DNA of 64,000 nt from an uncultured bacterium (lineage in GTDB: Bacteria; Oederibacteriota; JAAXVQ01; JAUVAV01), in contig CAVQBK010000003.1 of the NCBI GenBank assembly GCA_963710755.1, positions 960,001 through 1,024,000 of the forward strand, read 5' to 3'. The number at the start of each line of letters is the position of its first letter. The stretch's first letter is position 1. Both the position numbers and the translations under genes were made by a program. Shown in pieces: positions 51,201-59,200 of the stretch. The notes beneath the pieces are model-generated. The model saw nothing but the letters and a program-made list of their open reading frames with translations. It did not search any database and had not been told where the DNA came from.

Positions 51201-52733
51201 GCTGTTAATGGTGGTGCCGGAGCCTATCTCACCAACGTGGGCATAGGTTCGAATGTGAAAGCCAACCAAGCATCCACACACATGAAAAACAGTCGGCTGC
51301 AAGGTACTGCCGTAAATATTGTCGGCGGCGCAGCTGCTACCAACGTGGGGATTGGGGAAAACGTGAAAGCCAATCAAGCGTCCACGCATATGGAAAATAG
51401 CACCCTGCAGGGTGCTGCAGTGAATACTGCTGGTGGCGCGGTGGTAACCAACGTAGGAATCGGTGAAAACGTGAAAGCCAGTCAAGGCTCAACTCATATG
51501 GAAAACAGCCGGCTGCAAGGCGCGGCCGTGAATATCGCTGGTGGTGCGGCCACCACCAATGTAGGGATTGGAGAAAATGTGAAAGCCAGTCAAGGTTCAA
51601 CTCATATGGAAAACAGCCGGCTGCAAGGCGCGGCCGTGAATATCGCCGCCGGCGTGGCAGTGACCAATGTTGGTATTGGCCAAAACGTTAAAACCAATCA
51701 AGGCGCTACAAGTCTGGAAAATAGCCGGATGCACGGAGCCGCAGTTAACCTTGTCGGGGGAGCTGGTGCTACCAATGTAGGTATCGGTGAGAATGTCAAA
51801 GCTAACCAGGCATCAGTGAGTGCAAAAAACAGTCATTTGAACGGCATGGCGGTAAATGCCGGTGTGGGTGGGCTTCTTACCAATATTGGTATTGGTAAGA
51901 ATGTCAAAGCCAATCAGGCGTCTGTACGCGCCGTCAATAGTTCGGTCAAAGGCTCGGTGATAAATGCTACTGCTGCTGGGTTGGCTACCAATGTGGCTAT
52001 TGGGGAGAACGCCACCTCCAATCAGACATCCGTGCACACAGAAGGCAGTCATATGCAGGGTGAAGTTAAAAATACAGCCGTTGCTGGGGCTGCTACCAAT
52101 ATTGCCATTGGTAAAAATGTTAAGGCCAATCAGGCGGCCGTGCACTTGAAAAATAGTAATCTCAAAGGTAACGTGAATAATAATGCTGGCGGTGGTTTAA
52201 TGACCAACGTGGCTATTGGCGAGGGTGCCACAGCCAACCAAGCGGCCGTGGATATGGAGAACAGCACCTTAAAAGGTAATGTTTCTAATAATATTTCCGG
52301 TGTTGCAGGTACCAATATTGCTCTCGGCGGCAACGGAACCAAGGCCAATCAATCTGCGGTGGTTATGAAAAATAGCCAATTGGAAGGCGACGTTAATAAT
52401 AATGTGAGCAGCATTGGCACGAATTTAGCACTTTCCGGGGGACGTGCCAATCAGGGAACGGTTTATATGGAAAAAGCCAGTTACCGCGGAAATATTACCA
52501 ACAACGTTTCAGGTATGACAGCGACCAATTTGGCAGTGGGTAATAATGCCGAAGCGAATTCCGCATCTGTGGTGATTAAAAATCGCTCCGGTGGAGGTGG
52601 ACTTCACACTGGTTCTGGTGCGGGAATTGTGATAAACGACATTAAGGTTCCTGGCGGTAGCTTGACGGGGCAGAATTTAAATGTACAGGCGGGAAAAGGG
52701 ACTTCAAATAAAAATTCTGTGGTATTCAAATGA
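48294..52733 (+). CDS. giant secreted repeat protein: charged helical N-region, S/G/N-rich linker and ~24 x 36-aa amyloid/beta-solenoid-like repeats
   Basis: GGAGG RBS before the ATG at 48294; signal peptide ending VPSFA; repeat consensus TNVGIGENVKANQASTHMENSxLQGxAVNxAGGAAx. Confidence 0.8.
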   Translation: MLLGNTQSFCYRSMVVLATAICFLMVPSFALSKKKPDVVEIRIKSGGRDQKIQEGLDKTNQGIAAAMSDSEEGIEQSSGAVSRHEIKEEISKRSSEGFSSDTGKKYKEMGSQLQQENEARGTELRETYTRQGDQLRAENQARGDEVKKESLAKVQEAQDEINADKMKDEYEQKGAGYANKAKHDLGETLWKAHNSLNDSANADKRKLNYVSAEANYKAADKLVAIKKKLDKTDVNGSVPKDAQPDSTVDYESSGNNILAGQDSSDKKAGSNNQSNIKNPLSNEVINEGVVTMLKQSKIQSYMESNMDKATALQKNNPSGAGVDSGQFTQSAGGLTDQYQGTGNNIGMPGVNGNADLMSGTMAQSGVKITENGSRQGIGTAAANGNNGYGYMAGSSIDGTGKGSNYSNVATSGSGSANIEGASHSGSSSASNANSYSQSSETYAGSKSAGAGSGVSNSAAGTDKINSNYGGGGDSSGSGSSASAEAGSNGQNPRSGDQSEKAESPSASKTSAKQQGNSGKPQNVAANSSVGNKQTVKGQPVNNPSSSKKNANANSLAHAYKPKTGGTKTAGIVVNSVDYHSTAINAAVGENATSNLGSIVFKGSEINGVVVNSDQDGNNRINAAVGAATAANQSSVVTRNSKIKGAVVNAVRGQNMVNAAVGVNAEANQGSVAVKESQVNGVLINSSSSQTQVNAAIGENVTANQSAVQIRSSQMSGAAVNVQKSQNAINAAIGNDAHSNQASTHLKNSKLEGVAVNAATGNNHINAGIGADVKANQTSTHMENSTLQGVAVNGAAGTNLTNVGIGGNVKANQASTHMENSTLQGVAVNGAAGTNLTNVGIGENVKANQASTHMENSTLQGVAVNGAAGANLTNVGIGENAKANQAATHMENSRLQGAAINIAGGAAATNVGIGENVKANQASTHMENSRLQGAAINIAGGAAATNVGIGENVKANQASTHMENSTLQGVAVNGGAGAYLTNVGIGSNVKANQASTHMKNSRLQGTAVNIVGGAAATNVGIGENVKANQASTHMENSTLQGAAVNTAGGAVVTNVGIGENVKASQGSTHMENSRLQGAAVNIAGGAATTNVGIGENVKASQGSTHMENSRLQGAAVNIAAGVAVTNVGIGQNVKTNQGATSLENSRMHGAAVNLVGGAGATNVGIGENVKANQASVSAKNSHLNGMAVNAGVGGLLTNIGIGKNVKANQASVRAVNSSVKGSVINATAAGLATNVAIGENATSNQTSVHTEGSHMQGEVKNTAVAGAATNIAIGKNVKANQAAVHLKNSNLKGNVNNNAGGGLMTNVAIGEGATANQAAVDMENSTLKGNVSNNISGVAGTNIALGGNGTKANQSAVVMKNSQLEGDVNNNVSSIGTNLALSGGRANQGTVYMEKASYRGNITNNVSGMTATNLAVGNNAEANSASVVIKNRSGGGGLHTGSGAGIVINDIKVPGGSLTGQNLNVQAGKGTSNKNSVVFK
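50040..52730 (+). repeat. 108-bp intragenic tandem repeat array
   Basis: For example ACCAACGTGGGGATTGGGG at 50691 and 50799 (period 108). Central units are nearly identical and outer units have diverged. Confidence 0.92.
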
Positions 52734-52960
52734 GCTTATGTACAAACAGGGCGTCTTTCCTTTGCTCTAAGGCCAGGCTGTTGGCATGAGCATTAAGTGG
52801 CCTCTCAATTTATTTTACCAGAGGCAATAAAGATCTGAGCGCTAGCAAAATATTTTTTTAAACAGACAATCTAACGTGGGAGGTGAACAGAACCATAGAA
52901 AGGGATTTTTTAGAAATTAGGCTTAATGAAAAAACATTCTTAAAAAAATGAGGAGGAATT

Positions 52961-53707
52961 ATGAAGAAAATCAGTTTATTTATCGCAATGTTATCTTTGT
53001 TAGCCATGCAAGCCTATGCTGCATCCAGCTCACAGGTGGGCGGTGAGATGAGCAATGAATCAAAAATTGGTAAAAATGCTATTAATGCCGCGGTCGGCGA
53101 CGGGTCCAAAGCAAATATGGGTTCTATTAAGTTTTCCGGCACAACCACGGAAAAAGGAAGCAGTGTTAAAAACAGCTCCAATATCGAAGGTGGGGCTATC
53201 AACGCCTCGGTTGGAGAAAACACCACTGCCAACATGGGCTCGATCAGCATGAAGAATACCAAAATTCAAGGTACAGTGAATAATTCAGCTAACGTCACCA
53301 AAGGTTCAATTAACGCTGCAGTGGGCAAGAATTCCAAAGCCACCATGTCCAGCATTGAGATCGAGGGCGGAGGCGTGGGAAAAACCGGCACAGTAAATAA
53401 TGCAGCAGTTATGAAAGGTAAGCAAATCAATGCCGCAGTGGGCGATGGCTCTAGTGCCAGTATGGGTAGTGTTTCCCTTAAGAATAGTCAAGTGAATGGC
53501 GAAATTAATAATACCGCTAATATCACAGGCGGTATTAATGCCGCGGTGGGTGATCACTCGAAAGCCACCATGGGTTCTGTGGATATAGCGAATACGAATG
53601 TCACATCAGGCGCCACCGTTAACAACAGCGCCAGTATTGACAACGGCATCAATGCTTCGGTAGGAAGGAACACCGAAGCGAATATGGGCTCGATTTCGGG
53701 AGAATAG
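52961..53707 (+). CDS. secreted protein of six 36-39-aa repeats; putative major fibre/amyloid subunit
   Basis: AGGAGG RBS; Sec signal ending AYA; six INA(A/S)VGxx(S/T)xAxM(G/S)S(I/V) repeats; no P, C, W or Y in the mature chain. Confidence 0.8.
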   Translation: MKKISLFIAMLSLLAMQAYAASSSQVGGEMSNESKIGKNAINAAVGDGSKANMGSIKFSGTTTEKGSSVKNSSNIEGGAINASVGENTTANMGSISMKNTKIQGTVNNSANVTKGSINAAVGKNSKATMSSIEIEGGGVGKTGTVNNAAVMKGKQINAAVGDGSSASMGSVSLKNSQVNGEINNTANITGGINAAVGDHSKATMGSVDIANTNVTSGATVNNSASIDNGINASVGRNTEANMGSISGE

Positions 53708-53720
53708 CAAACCGGAAAGA

Positions 53721-53756
53721 TTCCCCGGGCCGGGTAGGAATGTACGGCCCGGGGAA
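53721..53756 (+). other. strong intercistronic hairpin (possible mRNA-stabilising stem)
   Basis: Perfect 12-bp stem TTCCCCGGGCCG/CGGCCCGGGGAA with no T tract on the + strand. Confidence 0.65.
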
Positions 53757-53838
53757 AATATATAGGGGTGAAGTTGTTCGAATTCTGGGTTTATGGGTTC
53801 AAGCATTGAGGTCAGCAGAGAGTGTGCTGGCAGATTGG

Positions 53839-54198
53839 ATGAAGATAATGCGAAAGCTCGCCATTTTTTTATTTGCTGGTATTGCCTATTGTATTATATT
53901 ACCCGCCTTTGTTGTATGGGGAAATGATTTAGATGATGGGATTTCCACCTATACCGATGAATCTATTGGGGCGGATGATGATTTAGGTAGTAGTGCCAAC
54001 AATATCAATTTTATTGTAGTAGATGCCGTTGGAAAAGCCAAAACAAGAAAAAGTGCTGATGCCAAAGACAAGGGCAACGACGCCCAAAAAAACGTCACCA
54101 ATGTTTATGATGGGCAGTCGGACAACAACGAAAACAGTGTGGTGGTGGAAGCAGGGAGCAAGGTGGACAAGGTTTATAATATTGTCATTGAAAAATAG
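53839..54198 (+). CDS. small acidic secreted protein, putative accessory factor
   Basis: Signal-like MKIMRKLAIFLFAGIAYCIILPAFVVWG, then NDLDDGI...; C-terminal NENSVVVE...VYNIVIEK. Start could also be 53848. Confidence 0.65.
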   Translation: MKIMRKLAIFLFAGIAYCIILPAFVVWGNDLDDGISTYTDESIGADDDLGSSANNINFIVVDAVGKAKTRKSADAKDKGNDAQKNVTNVYDGQSDNNENSVVVEAGSKVDKVYNIVIEK

Positions 54199-54240
54199 CT
54201 GGTAATTCTTTAATATACTATTTCTTGCTGGAGTTAACCC

Positions 54241-55386
54241 ATGATAGTGAGTGCCAAGATGAAGGTCCCTCGGAAAACAAGCGTTCTTACATTTCAATCA
54301 CTGATGATTGTTGGGTTGAGTTTGCTGCAATTGGCTTGCTCCTCTTTGGACCCACGGCAGGTGGATATGGAGCTTAAAGAGACCAAGCCGTTCACAACGA
54401 TTACCAACTACACCCAATCCCTGCACAATCTGGGGTTGATGACGGAAATCTATGGCACTCCCAACATGAAGATTCAGTGCCAGCCAGTGGGAGACAATAC
54501 CGGGTCCTCCATGGCCACTGGCGGCGAAATTCCTCGCGATATTACGGAGATGATGAAAAGTGCCCTTAATTCTATCGGCGGCCGGACTGTGTATATTCCC
54601 TATGATCCTTCTTTTATCCAGAACCAAATGGTCACCGGGTACTCCAATTTTTCCAATAAAGTCATTCCCGACGTGGTACTCACCGGAGGGATTACCGAAT
54701 TTGACCGCGGCTTGGAAACGCGTGGTACCAACACCGATGCAAGTGCTGACGCAGAATTTAAAGGCTTACCCGCGGACTTTCCCTCCGCCGCTACGGGAAT
54801 TCGCTACAGCAGTGCTGACAAATATGGGGTGGCCCGTATAACTCTGGATTTTAATCTTCTCGATTTTCAAACCATGACCGGGTTGTCGCGTATGAATACG
54901 GTCAATTCTATGGAAGTCAGGAAAGTACTGGCAGACCGGGAATTGGGCATCAGCTTATTTGGTCAGTCTTTTGGCGGTAAAGGCAGTATTAAAAAAGTCC
55001 AGGGACGGCATGCGGCTGTCAGGGTACTGGTGGAACTGAGCATGATTGAGTTGGTAGGTAAACATCTCATGCTTCCTTACTGGCGTCTTTTAGGTAATGA
55101 TGCTACACCCGACCGCGTCGTGCTGGACAGCATTGACAATTACTTTTACAATTTAACCAATACCGGTGTGACGGCCAGCGTCCAGGAATGGTTATATCTC
55201 TATGGCTATAATGTGGCTCTGACCGGCGTTTTAGATAAAGCCACGCTGGCAGCCCTGAAAAAAGTTTATCCTGATTATAACGCCAATTTAGGGACTATTG
55301 ATCTGCAGACCTTTCGCTATGTGTATCTGAACATCCCGATTGATTTGAGTGCCAAAAGAAGGCGAAGACAGTTTGATACCCTGTAA
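54241..55386 (+). CDS. CsgG/HfaB-like lipoprotein with a C-terminal peptidoglycan-binding-like domain
   Basis: Lipobox QLAC; CsgG-like segments PDVVLTGGITEFDR and ITLDFNLLDFQT; tail VQEWLYLYGY...TGVLDKATLAALK resembles PG_binding_1. Confidence 0.65.
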   Translation: MIVSAKMKVPRKTSVLTFQSLMIVGLSLLQLACSSLDPRQVDMELKETKPFTTITNYTQSLHNLGLMTEIYGTPNMKIQCQPVGDNTGSSMATGGEIPRDITEMMKSALNSIGGRTVYIPYDPSFIQNQMVTGYSNFSNKVIPDVVLTGGITEFDRGLETRGTNTDASADAEFKGLPADFPSAATGIRYSSADKYGVARITLDFNLLDFQTMTGLSRMNTVNSMEVRKVLADRELGISLFGQSFGGKGSIKKVQGRHAAVRVLVELSMIELVGKHLMLPYWRLLGNDATPDRVVLDSIDNYFYNLTNTGVTASVQEWLYLYGYNVALTGVLDKATLAALKKVYPDYNANLGTIDLQTFRYVYLNIPIDLSAKRRRRQFDTL

Positions 55387-55415
55387 CTATATTTCTGCAT
55401 AAGGTGGGAGCGTTG

Positions 55416-55994
55416 ATGAAGAAATATATCCTAACAGCATTCATAATCATGGTTTTATCCACGGCTGGTTACGCAGCCAATCGTATGGCTAAGAAGCATC
55501 TGGCGCTGGGTGATCGTTTATTTCAACAGCACCGCGTTGAAGAGGCGATTCAGGAATGGCAAATTGCTCTGGATCTGGACAAAAAGCTAGTGATTGCCAA
55601 GGAAAACATTGAGGCTGCCCGGTATTATCAAAAGCACGGCGAAATGCCTGTCAAAAAAGAACCAGAAGTGATTCAAACCGATGTGGATAATTTACCGGGA
55701 GCGGAAAAACCCATTGTGAAACCTCAACCCAAAGTTCCCGTGGATCGAATTAAAACTGAGATTTTACAAATTGAAAAAAACGGAGGACGGGCCACCAAAA
55801 TCTTAATCAATGCTGGCACGGCCAATGGCGTGGGGGTGGGCATGGAAGGTATTGTAGTAGAGCTCAATGGCGCCCCCCTGGCGGCTTTCCGGGTCACTGC
55901 TGCCGATACGGATAAAAGCTTGGCTGACATTATTTCCCTCAATCGGGATGTGAGCAATACAGCTGTTGCCATCGTGGACCGGCCCAGGGAGTAA
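55416..55994 (+). CDS. secreted TPR protein with a C-terminal beta domain (FlgT-C-like)
   Basis: Signal ending GYA; TPR-like HLALGD...EEAIQEWQIALDLD; INAGTANGVGVGM motif. Confidence 0.6.
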   Translation: MKKYILTAFIIMVLSTAGYAANRMAKKHLALGDRLFQQHRVEEAIQEWQIALDLDKKLVIAKENIEAARYYQKHGEMPVKKEPEVIQTDVDNLPGAEKPIVKPQPKVPVDRIKTEILQIEKNGGRATKILINAGTANGVGVGMEGIVVELNGAPLAAFRVTAADTDKSLADIISLNRDVSNTAVAIVDRPRE

Positions 55995-56052
55995 GTTGTT
56001 TAAAACGAAAATATTTTGACGATGTATTTCGCGTTTACCAGCTTTATACGTG

Positions 56053-56085
56053 GGCCTGCCTTTTCCAGAAAGGCTGGCCTTTTTT
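56053..56085 (+). terminator. intrinsic terminator closing the repeat-protein locus
   Basis: GGCC-T-GCCTTT/AAAGGC-T-GGCC hairpin followed by a T run. Confidence 0.7.
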
Positions 56086-56154
56086 ATTTTATCCAGAACT
56101 TCAATTTAAGACTTAACCGGAGTACCTTTATGTATGAGGCGCTCCGCTTTGGGC

Positions 56155-56183
56155 TTGACGGTACTTGGGATCAGCACTATAAT
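56155..56183 (+). promoter_or_regulatory. sigma70 promoter of polC
   Basis: TTGACG-N17-TATAAT. Confidence 0.7.
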
Positions 56184-56205
56184 CTCGTCCTTGTATGAAT
56201 AAGAC

Positions 56206-59200
56206 GTGGAGACAACCATGAGCTGTGATGTACGCTTGGAGTCTATTGCCCTAACCCCTCTGTTAAAAAATGTCCTTGAAAACCTGGAAATCGCCGATCA
56301 TATGAAAAAACACGTACTCAGTGCCCAAGCATCCTCTGTGACGGTCACCACCAAGCCCCCAACTATTTTGATCCAATTATTATCCAATCATGCCATTGAA
56401 AAGCCTGCTCTGGAAGCTTTATCCCAGTCCTTAAGTGAAACGTGGGACCAACCATCCCCCCCCCGCATCGTTTGGGATTTGCATTACCCCAATGGTCAGG
56501 TCTCGGCCCTTGCCTATCTGCAGGAACATTGGCAGGATTTGTTGGTGGTTTTTTCCAAGGAAGTCAATATGGCCGCGGCTTATCTGTCTCTGGTACGGTT
56601 TCAAGCTCTGGAAGAAGGGAAAATTAAAATCGCCCTGGCTAATAAAATGAGTTTGGCGGCTTTGAAAAAGCAAGAAGGGGACAAAAAGATCAGTCGGTTG
56701 TTGAGTGAGCGGTTGCAGCGCGAAATTCAGGTGAAATTTGAACTGGGCAATTTCGAAGAAGAAGTCAAACACCGCGAAGCTTTATATGAACAGCGCATTC
56801 GGGAAGAGTTGGAAAGGATGCAGCAAGAAAAAGATCTGGGGCCACAATCTGACGGCCAGGATCGGCCTCATGGAGGCAAACCACAAAAAGCAGCCTGGAA
56901 GCTGGTTTTTGGCAGAAGCATCGCCGGCCAGCCACGTCCTATCAAAGAGATCAACGAAGAAGAAAAAAATGTTGTTTTTGAGGGGGAATTGGTAGCTTTT
57001 GAAAAAAAGGTGTTGCGCACCGGACGGCAGCTGGTACTGATGGATATTTATGATAAAACCAGCAGTATTAATGCGCGCATGTTTGTGGATGCAGAGCAAC
57101 AGGTTTCGTCTGAGATTAAATGCGGCGCCTATGTACGAATTAAAGGATCCGTTCAGACAGATAAATATTCTCAAGATTTATGCATGATGGTCAATAGTGT
57201 GATGGTTGGAGAAAAAGAGCGGCGCCATGATCTTATGGCAGCCCAGGATAAACGGGTGGAGTTGCATGCCCATTCGCAAATGAGTGCCATGGATGCTTTA
57301 CCGGAAGTCAAACAGCTGGTGGCCAAAGCTGCGGAATTCGGCCATCCCGCTGTGGCCATCACGGATCATGGTGTGGTGCAGGGGTTTCCTGAGGCTATGG
57401 CTGCTGCTTCAGCCCATGGACTTAAAGTGATCTATGGGGTGGAAAGCTATTTGATCGAGGATGAATGGCTCAAAGATAAAAAACCCAAACGGCCTTATCA
57501 TATTGTTATTTTAGTCAAAGAATTCAAGGGGTTACGCAATCTCTACCGTTTGACCTCGGAAGCGCATCTCAAGTACTTTTATCGTCATCCTCGTATTCCC
57601 CGCTCCTTGCTGGAAAAATACCGGGAAGGGCTGATTTTTGGAACTGCCTGCGAACAAGGGGAGTTATACCGGCGCCTGTTGGAAGGGGCCAATGACCAGG
57701 AGCTGGCGGTTATTGCCGGCCGCTATGATTATGTGGAAATTATGCCTAATGGCAACAATCAGTTCCTTATCCGCAATGGTGTGGTCAAGGATGATCTGGA
57801 ACTTCAGGCCATTAATAAACGGCTTGTGGCCATCGCCCAAAGTCAGGGCCGCCCGGTGGTGGCCACGGGGGATGTTCACTTTCTGGAACCAGGTGATGAA
57901 ATTTTCCGATGTATTTTGCAAGCCGGCCAGGGCTATGATGATGCAGCGCAACAAGCTCCCCTTTATTTCCACACCACCGAAGAAATGCTAAAAGAATTCG
58001 ATTATCTGGGTGAACCCTTAGCCAAAGAGGTTGTGATCCAAGGTCCGCAAAAGGTAGCCGGATGGATTGAAAAAATTGAACCTCTAAAACTGGATTTTTA
58101 CCCGCCCAAACTACCTGACGCGGAAGCCAAATTGGAAAAAATGGCCCTCAGCCGGGCCCATGAAATCTACGGCACACCCTTGCCTGAAGTGGTGGACCAA
58201 CGGTTAAAACGGGAAATTACGGCTATCAACCACAATAAATTTGCCAGTTTATTTCTCATAGCCCGTGAACTGGTGCAAAAATCGCTGGCCGACGGTTATC
58301 TGGTAGGTTCGCGCGGATCGGTCGGGTCCTCCTTAACTGCGACCATGCTGGGGATTACCGAGGTCAATCCGCTGCCCGGGCATTACTTATGCACCAGCTG
58401 TCGTCATGTGGCTTGGGATGTGGAAGGCCGTATGGGCGCCGATTTACCGGATGAACAATGTCCGGTTTGTGGCCTGGTCATGAGCAAGCAAGGCATGGAC
58501 ATTCCCTTTGAAGTCTTCATGGGCTTTAAAGGGGATAAAACACCCGACATTGACTTGAATTTTTCCGGAGAATACCAAAGCCGGGCTCATAAATTTTTAG
58601 AAGAATTGTTTGATGCTGATCACATTTTCAGGGCAGGCACTATCTCGACGGTGGCCGATCGGACGGCTTATGGGTTTGTAAAAAAGTATTTGGATGACAA
58701 CAAACTGGTATTGCGTGAAGCTGAGATCAATCGTTTGACCCGGGGATGTGCGGGTGTCAAAAAAACTACCGGTCAGCATCCAGGCGGCATCATGATTGTA
58801 CCTGCCGATATGTCGATTTATGATTTTACGCCTGTGCAGCGACCTGCGGACGATAAAAATTCCGACGTCGTGACCACACATTTGGACTATCACGCCATCC
58901 ACGATGCCTTACTTAAATTGGATGTGCTCGGCCACGATGATCCTACCTCCCTACGCCGGCTGGGGGACTGGACCGGAGTGGATGTCAGATCCATTCCTTT
59001 GGATGATCCGGAAACATTAAAGATATTTTCCGGTCTGGACTCTTTGGGCCTTTCAGAAGCAGACATCCACACTGGGATCGGCACTCTGGGCATTCCCGAA
59101 TTTGGAACGGAATTCGTAAGACAGATGTTGGATATCACCAAGCCCAAGGCCTTTTCTGAATTAGTACGCATCTCCGGCCTGTCGCACGGCACCGATGTAT

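Noticed and set aside
50526-51485. Long antisense ORFs with periodic sequence
   Set aside because: They are shadows of the 108-bp coding repeat on the + strand.
48294-53707. Calling the repeat proteins CsgA/CsgB, FapB/FapC, ice-nucleation protein or an autotransporter
   Set aside because: Repeat length and consensus do not match curlin (~22 aa), FapC (NQQ motif) or INP (16 aa), and there is no C-terminal translocator barrel.
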